Shown in pieces: positions 25,920-41,099 of a DNA stretch of 64,000 bases. The notes under the pieces are model-generated. The model saw only the letters and a program-made list of their open reading frames with translations, was not told the DNA's origin and searched no databases. Position 1 is the first letter of the stretch. Every line of letters starts with the position of its first letter. The position numbers and the translations under genes were made by a program. The stretch lies in NCBI GenBank assembly GCA_951406725.2, contig OX597821.1, positions 90,396,001 through 90,460,000 on the forward strand, read 5' to 3'. This DNA comes from Octopus vulgaris (lineage: Eukaryota).

Positions 25920-26480
25920 AAAAATTGAAAATATAAAAAAGGGGGAGGATGATAGAGATGTTGCCCTCTTGATACAGGATCTCTAGGGATAGTCGAGGAA
26001 CCTCACTATCCGATATTTCCGTGAATATTAGGAGCAAGAGACCTCTCCAATTCTCTTTCTTCTGATAGGTGTTAGTCACTCTTGCAATTTTCGCAACTTT
26101 CACCCATCTTTCAGTAAACTCACTCAGAGATTAGCTATTCTAAGAGAGAATGGTGGGTCAATAAAGAGTTATATGGGCGAGAGTGGGTGATGTCTAGTAG
26201 TGAAGGAGTTTTGTAGAAAAAAGTTATTATATGCAGACTCGTTGCTTCTCCTCGTTTTACAGATGCTGTGATAGAGGTAGAAAAATGAGTGATTGAGGGC
26301 TCAGATTAATTTCGGTGAGATTCAATGCCATCAGTTGTTAGTTACCCAGGCAAAGTACCATAATGCACAGAGGAAGTAGTTGGTGGTAGACAAGAGGCCA
26401 CTGAAGGCAAGGCTGTCGTGGGAGACCCACCGGGGACGTAAAGCGAAGGAGACCCAAAAGCAAATGCGCATCATATTTTC
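25920..26480 (-). mobile_element. Diverged Tx1/L1-like LINE 3' fragment
   Basis: 25940-26130 is similar to the reverse complement of 2950-3160. Confidence 0.55.
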
Positions 26481-27339
26481 CTTCAATATCAGCTTTTTAA
26501 TGTCTTTTGGCGTTTGCAATGTTAACACGGGTATATTTGTAGAAGACTATAAACGCATGTTTGCATGCGTATGTATGCATGTATATGAGTATATATAGAC
26601 ATGCTTGTATGCACACTCATATACACACATACACACACACATATGAGAGGACGAATCATGTGTGCATGATGTATACAGATATGAATTTAGGGACTAAGAG
26701 TTATTATGTAATTATTGATATGAAAGCATCGGCATATTTAAGTATACACATAGGAACGCCAATGCACACATAAATATATACATACATACATGCATACATA
26801 TATATATGCATACATATGTATGCGTGTGTGTAGAAAGAGAGAGAGAGAGAAAGACAGAGTTATAAGTGGATATTTTTCCTCATATTATATTGACATTTAT
26901 TAAGGTATTGCATCAGAATCTTGAAGCAGATGACTACCTTTACATAAGTATATTGATTACCACCCTCTCTCTCTCTCTCTCTCCCTTTCTTTGTATCAAC
27001 CTCTTTCTCTTTCTCTACTCTATATATCGATATGTATGTAAGTGAGCGTGTGTGTGTGTGTGTATATCTGTGTATGCGTTTGTCTTCCTTTGAATATTAT
27101 TTCTCAATGCTTGGCATTTATATACGTGTGCTTATTTTAGTAGGAACGTTTTGGTTGATATATCAAAGGAAACGTGAATCTTCTTAACAAGTAGAAACAT
27201 ACACACATACGTACGTGCATACACGCACACACACATACACACACAAACACACACATACACACACAAACACACACGCAAACACAACACAGACATACATACA
27301 CACACAAACATACACACACATACATACATTTATAAATGG

Positions 27340-27785
27340 ATCCCCGTCGGTTATGACAATGATTATTGAGTTACGCGATTAAATAAACTCGAATTAGCCT
27401 CTAGGTGGCTGAGTATTCCGCAGATATCTCTACGCTTAAAGCAATCCTCGGTGAAGGCGTGGGGTTTAGTGGTAAGTGGTATTTAGCTCACAACAGTAAG
27501 ATTGTGACTTAGATTCCCGGCACCGCATTGACTCCTTGAGCAAGACCGTTTATTTCATGCTGCTCCAGTCAGTCCACTCAGATGGCAAAAACGTGTTTTA
27601 CCTGTAGTTCAATGCGCCACCCTTGGCACATTCGATGTGTCACGCTGAACCTCCCTCAGAATCTACATTAAGAGCACACGTGTCTGTGAAGTTCTCAGCC
27701 ACTTGCGCGTTAATTTCATGATTAGGCAATTCCGTTGATCGAATCATCTGGAACACTCGTCATCGTAGCGAACAGATTGTCCCAG
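27340..27785. mobile_element. Diverged SINE-C-related copies: a minus-strand tail fragment then a plus-strand copy
   Basis: cgtcggttatgacaatga..., then ttaagagcacacgtgtctgtgaagttctcagccacttgc...catcgtagcgaac. Confidence 0.65.
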
Positions 27786-29747
27786 CTGAAGTAATCTTCA
27801 AACAGAATCCGCATGTGTATAATGTGAATAAGGATATATATTTAAATTGTAAGTACAATACGTGCAAAAAAGGCTCCTACAGAGTTCCCCTCCACTTACT
27901 TTCTCACACGATTTCCAGGCTCAAAAGAGAATCGAAACTGGGACCTCTAAATTTTGAAATGTACGCATATACCATTAGGCTTTCTATAGTAGACAGCCAC
28001 GTATGAACCAACGTAGTGCAGTTTGAGTTTATTTAAGAAGATATTTAATTAACGAGAGAGTAAAATGACTGAATGTAGTCCTTGTTATGATTTTCTATGT
28101 ATGATATTTAAACGAAGGAAAGAATGCACTTAAAAATAAAACATTAAAAACTGGAATATTTACCACAATGAACCGTTCGAGACGTCTAGATATTTCTGTG
28201 ATTACTAACATCTTCAGTTGTTACTAAACTCTACATAGTCATTCGATTATCCGCCCAGTATATAGGAAATGTCCATATTGAGTGACTGGAATAATGTAAC
28301 GGACAACCGAACCAAGCAGTCTTACTTATATCGTGAAAAATGCCTTCAATCTGCTAGAGGGAATATTATAAATTGGTACGCAAAATTGTATATAGGACAT
28401 TTGCAATACAATTATAATTCATTTAAGTAAGCTATTTAATGCACAGCGACTCGGTGTGGGTAGGTGATATGAATATATTTCTATGTGAATTAACGAAGCC
28501 GGATACATAAACTTCAGGCATACCACAAAATGAAAATGTGCAATTATGTATATGTTCATATATGACAGAAGTTTTGTTAACAGCGTCAAAAAATATATTG
28601 CAATCAATGTAATATGCATCTATATAAAGCAAAACAATCTATAGATTTTTCATCTGGTAATTCTTTTTGTTTTTTTGCTCTTAGAAAATTTGTAAACTGT
28701 ATTCTTTATTCATACTAAATTTTACCGAATATTTTTAACAATAATAGTCTGCATTCGCAATGGACCTCCTACATACTAGAAAATTGTTCTTTCTCTTAAA
28801 CAATAAATTCATTTTGTGAGCTATAGTGAAAGATATGTAAGCTAAAAATTGATCAAACATAGAGAATAAAGAGAGAACAACATACCATACATAGAACCTG
28901 GGAAAATAAAAGCATCACCGATACAAGAGCAGTGAGTTCAAAGAAAAGAAAGAAAGACCATAAGTGAAAATAAGGGATGTGAAAGAACGTATGCATATAC
29001 ATTTAGAAGCTCGCTTATGTGCATGTGTCTGAGTACTGAAGGACGTTCGTCACACAGAGATGTGACCAGTTGTATGACATCTTCCAAAGTGCCTACAGTT
29101 CTGAAAAGTGCATGACCTGTTATTCAAATATAGATCATCGTTATTCAGTTATGCATATGAGACTCTTTTCGGCACTGCATAATCACATCTTTGATTTCCA
29201 TTTTTGTAAGGTTTTTGATCTTTTAATAATCATTTACTGAATATTAATATTTGGAAACCATTTTTCTATTAATTGCCAGATATAATTTCCAAATGCTCTA
29301 CCATTCGGTATTTTTAGGTGCTTCATAGGGGAAGATTGATAGCACAATCGTTATTAGAACTTTCTTTCAGTTATGCACATGTAGCTTTCAGATATTATAT
29401 TGAAATTTCTGAAAGTTTTCTTCCTAATTTATAGTTTCTAACTCACAGTGTATATAAGTCCCCAATGTTGGTGTGTCTGCTTGAACATAAGACATCTGTT
29501 TTAATATTGATAAGTGTAAATACTAGGGTTTTCATGTGCGCGACGCAACGGCAACGAATTTCAGATTATGCTTGTTTTAGCTAAATCCCGATCAGACACG
29601 TGAAATTTACAAAGGTATGACTCTTAGAAAGCTCGGGCAGATATTCTTCACACACTGGCACACATTGCGTAAGAATAATAAAGTTGTACTCTACAAAGAT
29701 ATAGGATAATCATTCAGTTTATTGTAAAATTGTTTCTGTAGCAATGG

Positions 29748-29813
<66 letters not shown>

Positions 29814-30074
29814 TGTTTGGAAAACTCATATGTGTTTTGGCTGATGAATACGGGACACTTGTATTTGCTGCAATATTTGCAGCTTTAAATAAATCTGTTC
29901 TTCGTATGAAACAATTGTACTGAACAACTAATCCATTCTTGTTGCTTTTTTCTTGTTTATAATCACCCCACATTATTTTATGGTTAATAGCATAAAGATT
30001 TCTGGTGCATCTAAGTTAAATACCGCAATCATGTGAATTCATTGGAATTCACTTGAATCTTAATTATTTTACTG

Positions 30075-30131
<57 letters not shown>

Positions 30132-30906
30132 ATATATATATATATTTATGTATTACGGAGATGTACTCGCTGCAATTGTTATATTTATATATATATATAC
30201 ACACACACACACACATATATGTATATATATACATATACATGCATACATACACGCACATACACACACATACATACATACATACATACATACATACATACAT
30301 ACATACATACATACATACATACATACATACATACATACATACATACATACAGGTATATAATTATATTCAAAGCTAAAATTGAATAGACTGGAACTACAGA
30401 TTTTGGTTTTAACGGATTCTCAAGCAATCAAAGAAATAATTAATGAAATATTTATACCTGGGATAAATAATTAAGACCATTTAATATACACATTAAAGAC
30501 AGAAAACAAATTAATGTTTTTGAAGAGTGTTACGTTATTTTCTGAGGCTCTATGTCATTCAACCGCTAATAATTTGGTCATATGTCTACAAGAACAGTTC
30601 CTTTATACCCCTCACGTAAAGTATATTTGTTCTATAGTTAAAAACGTGGATTGATATATTACAGGACAAGTATGTTTTATTTTGTCCGTTAGATAACATA
30701 ATATAATTCAACGAATATTTTTTGGTGATAAGACTTTTTTTTTCTGAACAAGTGTTTGCGATTAATTTTTTACGAAATAAATCCTTCATTTTTACTGAGA
30801 AGAAAAGATGAGAATGATCAGTGAATGATATGATTCTTTCTTTCACTGGGCTGATTATATCATATACATAAGCGTGTGTGTATTCTTGTCTGTTTGTATA
30901 TGCATG

Positions 30907-30941
<35 letters not shown>

Positions 30942-30943
30942 CA

Positions 30944-30985
<42 letters not shown>

Positions 30986-31026
30986 TACATACATATATAT
31001 ATATAAATATATATATACGTATAGAC

Positions 31027-31070
<44 letters not shown>

Positions 31071-31715
31071 GCATATATATATATATACATATATATATGA
31101 ATCTCTATGTTTATGTACATTTTTTCGTTATTGATATATAAACATATATTTATATATGCAATATACATACACACACACACACATATATATATACATACAT
31201 ATATGTGTGTGTATGTTTATGTGTGTATGTGTATGTGTGTGGGGGTGCAAGTGTGTGTATGCACGCACATACCTTGATTTCGCAAGTCAGTCCCATCTGG
31301 ATCTTGATTTTTCCCTCGCAGCTAGACCAACCTATTCTTTTAGATTTGATGTACCTCATGTCGAGATTGCTGGCCTTAATTCTTTTGTCTTCGCGGATCT
31401 AAGCCGTCTACTTCATACTTGCTTGGCCACCTGATGTGTGGTTTAGAAAGTCTTAGCAATATTCTTTCGCTACGTATATATTGCTTTTGTCGAATCGGTT
31501 CAATTCTGTCCCTTTTATTACGTCATCTGAATAGCTTTCTCTGAGCAAATATTTCAAAGCTAATTACGTTGTGATACTCAAAGTAATGTACTTAAAAACT
31601 ACATTTCAAAAGATTTTAGCCTGATTCATTTTCAGATTTTAGTGTCCGCGTTTCTGAGATATAGGTTATATGCTAATTCTAGCTGAGAATTACGTTTAAG
31701 GGCATTTTTTTATTT

Positions 31716-32098
31716 GAAGCACTCCGTCGGTTACGACGATGAGGGTTCCGGTTGATCGGAATCAACGGAACAGCCTGCTCGTGAAATTAACGTGTAAGTG
31801 GCTGAGCACTCCACAGACACGTGTACCCTTAACGTAGTTCTCGGGGATATTCAACGTGACACAGAGAGTGACAAAGCCGGCCCTTTGAAATACAGGTACA
31901 ACAGAAACAGGAAGTAAGAGTGAGAGAAAGTTGTGGTGAAAGAGTACAGCAGGGATCACCACCATCCCTGCCGGAGCCTCGTGGAGCTTTTAGGTGTTTT
32001 CGCTCAATAAACACTCACAACGCCCGGTCTGGGAATCGAAACCGTGACCCTATGACCGCGAGTCCGCTGCCCTAACCACTGGGCCATTGCGCCTCCAC
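31716..32098 (-). mobile_element. SINE-C (tRNA-derived), full length, 9-bp TSD
   Basis: Head gtggaggcgcaatggcccagtggttagggcagcggactcg...ggtttcgattccc; TAAGGGCAT on both sides. Confidence 0.9.
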
Positions 32099-32361
32099 TA
32101 TAAGGGCATACATGTCTATAGAATACCCACCCAATAGCACACCAATTTTTGGAAAATATATCTAATTTGCTCGGGCAACTGAATCTTTATTGTCAAAACC
32201 GATGGTAATCCATCCACATCACATGTGTTTGTGGTTAGATAAGGTTGACAATGTAGCTGGAAAATTCCCGCTTAATGGGGAAGACTTTTGTAGAAGTGTC
32301 ATCAATGTGCTACATTTGTAAATTAAATGACGACGACGATATCAAATTATGTTATATTATA

Positions 32362-32757
32362 TCTTTATATATAAAAGTGAAGTTGTGTGTCTGTCTCCTA
32401 CGATTTAGATTCCTAACTACTCCCACATTTTGCGGTGCAGTTTAACCAAAACCGGATATCTTATAGTCGTGATTCATACCGAGCCCTTCTGGGTATTAGC
32501 GCACGTCTACGATGAGTCTACGATTTTTAAAAAATTTACCATAATTTTTTTCCATTTTGATGCATTTTTTTCGCTATTATATAAAGGAAGTAACTCTCTA
32601 AAATGTCTACGATGAGTCAACGATTTAAAAAAAATTTACCAACATTTTTTTTCCATTTTTAATGCATTTTTTTGTTATTTTTTGGCTATAACTCTCTAAA
32701 AATGCTTATATAGTTATTTCACTTTCAAACCCGAGCAACGCCGGGCGATACTGCTAG
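32362..32757 (+). mobile_element. Non-autonomous Helitron
   Basis: A|TCTTTATATATAAAAG 5' end, subterminal hairpin CCCGAGCAACGCCGGG, CTAG|T 3' end, no TSD; internal repeat gtctacgatgagtc. Confidence 0.85.
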
Positions 32758-33242
32758 TTATGTTATAAATATGTTACCGTTTCAAATATGTTTGAGACAT
32801 ATTCGAACACTTAAGATAGTCTTTCCACTGCATTTTGTCATGAAACAAAAATTCTTGTTGCAGACAAAAAGTTGCAAACTCACCAGAACATATTTTAACT
32901 ATGAACAAGTTTATATTTATACCAGGCGCAGAATACCATAGCGAGTTACTGGTAGGAAATGAATATCGAATTCATTGTGCCTCTCTCTCCGAAGTTGGCT
33001 TTGTCGTGTCGTAGAGAAAACGAGAGAAAATGCAATCGGGATACGCTCTTAAGTAGGCGATCCGCTTCTAAAGCTCTCCTCTGTGTCGTTTAGCAGTTAC
33101 GCCCTGTAAGCTAGTAGAGGGGCAGCTAACCGTGTTCGCTTGGCATGTTCTAGAACATTCGACAGGTGAGATAACAGCCGTTGGCGCTCAGCAAATAATT
33201 TGTGTCTTGTGAACCTAGTTCAAATAGCGTTGCCTACACATA

Positions 33243-33657
33243 TACTCTCTACTCTTTTACTCTTTTACTTGTTTCAGTCACTTGACTGCGGCCATGCTGG
33301 AGCACCGCCTTTAATCGAGCAACTCGACACCGGGACTTATTCTTTGTAAGCCCAGTACTTATTCTATCGGTCTCTTTTGCCGAACCGCTAAGTGACGGGG
33401 ACGTAAACACACCAGCATCGGTTGTCAAGCAATGCTAGGGGGACAAACACAGACACACAAACATATACACACACACTTATATATATATACATATATAGGA
33501 CAGGCCTCTTTCAGTTTCCGTCTACCAAATCCACTCACAAGGCATTGGTCGGCCCGGGGCTATAGCAGAAGACACTTGCCCAAGATGCCACTCAGTGGGA
33601 CTGAACCCGGAACCATGTGGTTGGTTAGCAAGCTACTTACCACACAGCCACTCCTGT
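33243..33657 (-). mobile_element. SINE-B, full length
   Basis: Match to 43275-43680. Confidence 0.92.
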
Positions 33658-33918
33658 CCATATGTTCATATAAATTATTGCTTAACGCTTGTAATCTGTA
33701 TATCATATCTTACTATACATTATAAGACGGTGAGCTGGCGGAATCGTTACCACGCAGGACAAAATGCTTGACAGCATTTCGTCCGTCTTTGCGTTCTGAG
33801 TTCAAATCACACCGATTTCAGGATGAAATCGGTGTGAGCACTGGGATCGATGTAATTGACTAGCTCTCCCCTTCAAAATTTCAGCGCTTGTGCTTATAGT
33901 AGAAAGTAAAAAGGATTA

Positions 33919-33994
<76 letters not shown>

Positions 33995-34381
33995 TATATA
34001 CACACATATATACATATATACATTTATATATATACACAAAGAGGTAGAGAGTGAGGTGGGGGCACATCCATATATAACCATACATAGATGGATGCTCAGA
34101 AACACACAAACACATACATTATTTACACGTAATTACAGACATGCATATACAGGTACACATACAAACGTACGTACACGGGTTCACATATACACACACATAC
34201 ACACACACAAATACACGCACACGCACACACAAACGCAGATGTATGCAATCCACGTGTGATTATACGCTATTCTGTCTATACATTTACATGTCCATTTAGT
34301 TAGCTAGCTCCTGGTCTTTCAGCTTATATATTTTGATATCTGCTTATATGATAATCTTACAGTCATCCAAAAGGAGTTCTC

Positions 34382-34497
<116 letters not shown>

Positions 34498-34877
34498 ATG
34501 TTTGTTTATTTTTCCTCTTTTCTGACATCGTTTTTATATTCTCTTTCTTTGCTTCTCTCTCGCAACAGAAGCCATCATAATCATCGAAATATTTTTTCTT
34601 TCGGGAGATAATGAAAAACCACCTTATTGAATCACATATAATATCTCTTTCCATATAACACATTTACACATATAAACGCACTTCTGAAACCATTGTTACA
34701 AGCATGCAGACATACGCACGCATTTGCAAACGTAGAGAACCTCACACCAACACGTAACCGCAGACAAACACACAATCGCATGAAAGTCCATCAAAGCATC
34801 TTTGAGAGATATCCTTTACGTAATAATAATATATCTTGCAGATAGTCTCAACACCCTCTCTTTACTCTACACCTATG

Positions 34878-34911
<34 letters not shown>

Positions 34912-35579
34912 AACATATACACATACATAAATACATGTAAGCAATCTCACAAACATATATATAACCTCTAACTCCACCCAAATGTACATACAAATACCAA
35001 CATATTCCCAAATACATACAATCACTCCACCCTCATACACATGCACACATATGCATATATATATGTGTGTGTGAGTGTGTGAATTTACATATGCATTTGT
35101 ATATATATATATATATATATATGTATAAGCAGACATATATATATATATATATGTATAAGCAGACATATATATATATATATACATGTATATGTATATATGC
35201 ATATATAAATTTGTATATGTACATATATGTGTATATGTATATATAGACACACACACACACACACATACACACACGCATATAACCTTATATATATATATAT
35301 AAACTTACCACATTGAACATATATACGAAATATATTTACGAAAATTCTCCAACATGTAATAAATGCCAACCAACAGACAGGTTATAATTCCACTCCAGTT
35401 GAAGTCTGAAATGGTTAAGAAGAATTGTTTCACTAATTCTTTGATTATTAGACATAACTAGCAATAACTGTGATCTACTGGGCAACATGCCTATCTGAAT
35501 ATGAATTAGCTCACTTTAGCTTCCGATACCAGCTATTTTTCTGCAGTAGATGTCACTTTTCCTCATTCTGAGATACGTA

Positions 35580-36210
35580 ATTCTTTTCTACTCTAGGCAC
35601 AAAGCCCGGAATTTTCGGGAAGGGTGCCAGTCGATTAGATCGACCCCAGTACGCAACAGGTTCTAAATCTATCGACCCCGAAAGGATAAAGGGCAAAGTC
35701 GACCTGGGCAGAATTTGAACTCAGAACGTAAAGACAGACGTAACACGCTAAGCATTTCGCCCGGCGTGCTAACGTTTCTGCCAGCTCACTGCCTTTAATT
35801 CTTATTTCTTTATTGCCCACAAGGGGCTAAACATAGAGGGGACAAACAAGAACAGACAAAAGGAATAAGTCGATTATATCGACCCCAATGCGTAACTGGT
35901 GCTTAATTTATCGACCGCGAAAGGATGAAGGGCAAAGTCGACCTCGGCGGAATTTGAACTCAGAACGTAGTGGCAGACGAAATGCCTATTTCTTTACTAC
36001 CCTCAAGGAGCTAAACACAGGGAGAACAAACAAGGGCAGACAAACGGATTAAGTCGATTATATCGACCCCAGTGCGTAACTGGTACTTATTTAATCGACC
36101 CCGAATGGATGAAAGGCAAAGTCGACCTCGGCTGAATTTGAACTCAGAACGTAGCGGCAGACGATATACCGCTAAGCATTTCGTCCGGAGTGCTAACCAG
36201 CTCGCCGCCT
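35580..36210 (-). mobile_element. SINE-A array of three units
   Basis: Three gcaaagtcgacct..aatttgaactcagaacg cores. Confidence 0.9.
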
Positions 36211-36599
36211 TTAATCCTGGTATACGTAATTTATTATATGATTGTTTATACGTCGGTATTTCCATGCTGGCATGGGTACGGTTAGTCCTTAAAGTTGAGT
36301 CAACTCTTATTCAGTGCTACTGATCCCCTGTATCGGTTGGAGACCTCTATCAACAGATACATTAGATTTTTGGGTGGTTACCATATCATCTTGTGAAACT
36401 TCAGTGAAGATACTGGGTGCACTTTTAACCTGGACCAAAATAAAAACAGTGATCACCAATGCACGAGAGACATTGTAAACTTTTGTACACCTTTGCTCCG
36501 AGTAAGTGAAGAAAAATAAAGGAAGAATTGAAGGAAGAAAGAAAGGTCGCGATAATGGAGGTGAAGTGTCTAAAGAGAAACTATAGAAACAACGCTATA

Positions 36600-36940
36600 T
36601 TTGTGTGTATGTATGTGTGTGTGTGCGTGTGTGTGTGTGCGTGCGTGTGTGCCAGTGTGTGTGTGTGTGTCAGTGTGTGTATGTGCCAGTGTGTGTGTGC
36701 GCCAGTGTGTGTGTGTGTGTGTGACAGTGTGTGTGTGTGCCAGTGTGTGTGTTTGTGTGCCAGTGTGTGTATGCCAGTGTGTGTATGTATGTCAGTGTGT
36801 ATGTGTGTGTGTGCCAGTGTGTGTGCGTGTGTGTGCCAGTCTGTGTGCGTGTGCCAGTGTGTGTATGTGTGTGCCAGTATGTGTGTGTGTATGTGTGTGC
36901 CAGTGTGTGTGTGTGCCAATGTGTGTGTGTGTGTGTGTGT
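36600..36940. repeat. Higher-order (GT)n repeat punctuated by CCA
   Basis: Units of gcca-gtgtgtgt repeated more than 10 times. Confidence 0.9.
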
Positions 36941-37570
36941 TTTCAGAGAGAAAGAGAGAGAGTAAGTGGTAGAAGAAATACAGCTTGGAAAAGACAAATG
37001 GATGAAAGGAATGCATGGTCATACGTATATATGTGTGTGTGTGCGTGTGTGTGTACGTGTGTATGTATATGCGCGCGTGTGCGTGTTTGTGTGATTGTGA
37101 ATGTGCGTGTGTAAATGACAACGAAGTAAAGGAATTAATTTGCAAGTTTATTAAACATGAAAGAGTTAATTTGATCAAGAGAGATGTCTGTCCGTTTTAC
37201 TCTGATATATACAGAGGCTGTGGAAGAGACAGGTGCGTGGGTGGAGGATGACAAGGGGGGGATGCGAGGAGGAGGAGGAGGAGAGAGAACAGCAGGTAAT
37301 TCTGTAATGGATTCTGGTGTGTGTATGTGTGTTAGGTGTCTATGTGTCAGTATTTGTGTGCATGTGTGTGTATGTGTAAAATGCTGAGTTGGTTAAAATT
37401 ATGTGTTAATATCAAAGAGAAAGAAATTCTCTGTGTATGTGTGTGTTCGTGTGTGTGTGTGTGTGTGTGGATGTGTATTTGTGTGTGTGTTAGTGTTATG
37501 GATTATTGTGCTATTTGAATGTGTATGTCCAAACGTTACAAGTTGGTGTGTCAGTATATTGACGTATATA

Positions 37571-37977
37571 GGCGTAGGAGTGGCTGTGTGGTAAGTAGCT
37601 TGCTTACGAACCACATGGCTCCGGGTTCAGCCCCACTGCATGACACCTTGGGCAAGGTGTCTTCGGCCGACCAAAGCCTTATGAGTGGATTTGGTAGCCG
37701 GAAACTGAAAGAAGCCCGTCGTATATATGTATATATATATACATATGTATGTGTGTGTATATGTTTCTGTGCCTCTGTTTGTCCCCACCAACATCACTTG
37801 ACAACCTATGCTGGTGTATTTATGTACCCGTGACTTAGCGGTTCGGCAAAATCGACCGATAGAATAAATACTAGGCTTACAAAGAATAAGTCCTGGGGGT
37901 CGATTTGCTCGACTAAAGGCGGTGCTCCAGCATGGCCACATTCAAATGTCTGAAACAAGTAAAAGAGTAAAAAGAGT
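37571..37977 (+). mobile_element. SINE-B
   Basis: Head and tail match. Confidence 0.9.
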
Positions 37978-38509
37978 ATTTACCGAATTGGGTGTGTGTT
38001 TGTTTTTTTGTTTTTCGTATATTATCAATGTTTTGGGAAATTGTGGTTCGTACGTGAAGTTGTAAGTTCGATTTTAGGATTCTATCTAAGGGAGTTCTGA
38101 CTGCTATTTATAGACTCTGAAACGTTCGTGTGTATGCCTATTCGTTTGTTTATGTATAAGTATTGTTGCTAGAAATGCTATTGGTGTTGGAGGTACTGGT
38201 ACTGTTGTTGATGTTGTTTTTTGTTTAGCCCCAGGTTAGCTCGGATCAAGCAGATCAATGATCAAATATAACCGAAGACACACATCTAGCATTCTATGTG
38301 TCCAACATTTTATGGTTGTAGGATGTTATTTAATAGACATTTTGATACCTTTCTATCATGTTGCGGTTCTCTCAGTGGTTCTTCATGCGTTTGCATACAT
38401 ATCTTTGTGTGTGAATATTTGTCTGTTTGTCATGCATGTCTCATATTGCAGTGCAACATCATTGGCCGATGGATCCAAGTGTGTATGCCTTAACATTTAA
38501 AGGATTCTG

Positions 38510-39560
38510 ACAACGGTACTCTATAAAAATAAGTGTCACAAATTTCTTTGCCTCAAAATAAAGGCATAATCCTGTCGTCCATTGCTTAGAGAATTCTAAA
38601 ATAGATCTTGCTTTAAAACCTGGTCCATTGAATGTCAGAAATTCTCAGCTCAGAGTCACAATCAACATGATGTTCATCACAAATGAAATTCAAAAGAAAT
38701 GCAGAGAAACTATTCATCTCATTTGTGGATGTTCAAAGTCTTTTGACTCTGTAAATATTACAATTCTGTGGGATTTTCTAAGAATGCTTGTTTGCCTGTC
38801 TAAAGTCGTGAATGTCCACTCTTTTTTTTACACTGAGATGTTAGTTAGAATTGTTATTTGGGAAAGAAATCTAAGCCCTTTAGAGTAAAGAAATGAGTTA
38901 AGCTATTCATACTAGTTCCAGCAGTGTTTTATATCTTTCTCATGTGTGTCCACACCTTAAGCAGGATCATATAAAGGGAGTCAGGAATCATAAACTTTTC
39001 ACATATAAAAGCCGTAGTCAATCAACTTCGAACCTTACTTAATCATTAAACTACAGTAGGTTGGTAACTGTGCTCTGGTAGCTCAGACTGCGGTATTGCG
39101 GTATACGTACAAACTATCATCTCAGAAGGTACCACAGTTTATCAAAACCGAATTAATACTTGATAGCGTCAAAAACACTGAATCCCTATTTCAATGTGAC
39201 ACTGTATTGCCCTCTCTCTATCGTACTTTCTCAGTATAGCTGCACCAATGGGGCATAATCTTTTAATTTGAGATACATAGGCGGTATCATTTCCAACAAC
39301 AGGGCACTGTAAAAAGAAATACGAACTATTTCCTACAGAACACTTGTAGCATTTGAAAAGTGCGGAAATATGCTTTCTATACATCAATCTCTCCCTTAAT
39401 GTTAAAGCTTTTCGTCTTCTGGGCCGTTTGTGTCTCTATTCTCCTGTGTACATGAACTATATCCTTTGTTCTGAAGGTCCTTCCACTCACCTGGCGAGAT
39501 AGCATTATCTCGTTTGTGAAGTCTATGCTAACAATATTGAATGCACCCTATACATGTTTC
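38510..39560 (+). mobile_element. RTE-clade LINE reverse-transcriptase remnant, highly decayed
   Basis: TINMMFITNEIQKKCRE...KSFDSVN..LWDFL...VVNVHSFFYTEMLVR, similar to the TxDMIFxxRQLQEKCRE...KAFDxVxRxxLWxxL consensus. Confidence 0.65.
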
Positions 39561-40424
39561 ACCTTAGATGAGTCAGACATGTAGTGCACATTTCTATTTC
39601 GTATGACCTCTGCAAGATCTTTTACATCCACTTGCATCATAATCTACAACTTGCTGGAAAAACCAAAGAAGTGATTCAAAAACCTGTAAAAAAAATCACT
39701 CATTGAGATTGCCAACTAGACATTTGCTTACATAACAGAACATACCAATAATTATAGCTATAAATGCGATTTTATAATCCGAATAGAGAAGCTGCAAGTT
39801 TAGTGATGCAGTCGTTCATGAATATTCTCTTTCTCACAGATTTTGAAAGAAATATTCACGTCTGCAAAACTGCTGACCTCTACGACAGTACATAATTTTT
39901 TTCTGCTCCACACAAATATAACAGACATGCTGATAAGTATGTTTGCATGTATGAATGTTTCCATGAATAAATGAATGTATGTATATACAAATATGTATGT
40001 ATGTGTGCAAACATAGATGTCATCGCTCGTGGATTTGTATCCTTTGTCTTATATATGAGTAATACATATGCACGTTTGTATATCTGCATGTGTATATCGA
40101 CGTTTATTTTATTTAGATATGAGTAGCATATCAACATGTAGTGGAATATCTACATATATACATATGATTTTCTTTGCTAAACTTGTAGAATGTTTTACAT
40201 ATACCACAATTCTATTAATGATTTGTTATATCCAGTCCTTTCTGGTTTTCTAATATACAACTTCTCAAGGTAAGTGTCGAATCCGTTCGTTACATATCCA
40301 AGTTCTCAAATAATTATAAATATGAATCTAAAGCTAGAGTCCAGTTGGAGTATATGCAGATTTTTCATTAATCCATAGGTTTTTAATTATTATTTACAGT
40401 ATCTTTAATTATTATTTATTTGTA

Positions 40425-40587
40425 GGCGCAGGAATGGCTGTGTGGTAAGTAGCTTGCTTACCAACCACATGGTTCCGGGTTCAGTCCCATTGCGTGGCAC
40501 CTTGGGCAAGTGTCTTTTACTATAGCCTCGGGCCGACCGTAGCCTTGTGAGTGGATTTGGTAGACGGAAACTGAAAGAAGCCCGTCG

Positions 40588-40652
<65 letters not shown>

Positions 40653-40825
40653 TTGTGTGTTTGTGTTTGCCCTCCCAACATCGCTTAACAACCGATGCTG
40701 GTTTGTTTATCTACCCGCAAATTAGCGGGGACATAAACAAAGAATACGTCCTGGGGTCGATTTGCTCGACTAAAGGCGGTGCTCCAGCATGGCCACAGTC
40801 AAATGACTGAAATAAGTAAAAGAGT
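40425..40825 (+). mobile_element. SINE-B
   Basis: Head and tail match, with an internal deletion. Confidence 0.9.
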
Positions 40826-41099
40826 ACGTTCACAACAGCAGGCATACTTTTTTTATTACTGGGCACACCTTTTGTCTTCCTTGAGACGTTTATTACATCT
40901 CTACTTTTGCTGAGGTCCGATAGGAACCAGCCATTTAAATTTTTTCATATTATGAGTATGTATACCCTAAACATCACTGTAATAATTTATATTTCTATCT
41001 CTAGGACTATCCTTTTTTCAAGATTGCAATCCATGTTTAGATCATGGCTCCATTCCTCATAGGTCGATAATATCGCGATGACATTTTCTGAGAGCTGCT

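Noticed and set aside
32025-32098. tRNA gene
   Set aside because: It is the tRNA-like head of SINE-C, which continues into the SINE body and is repeated at about 56435-56508
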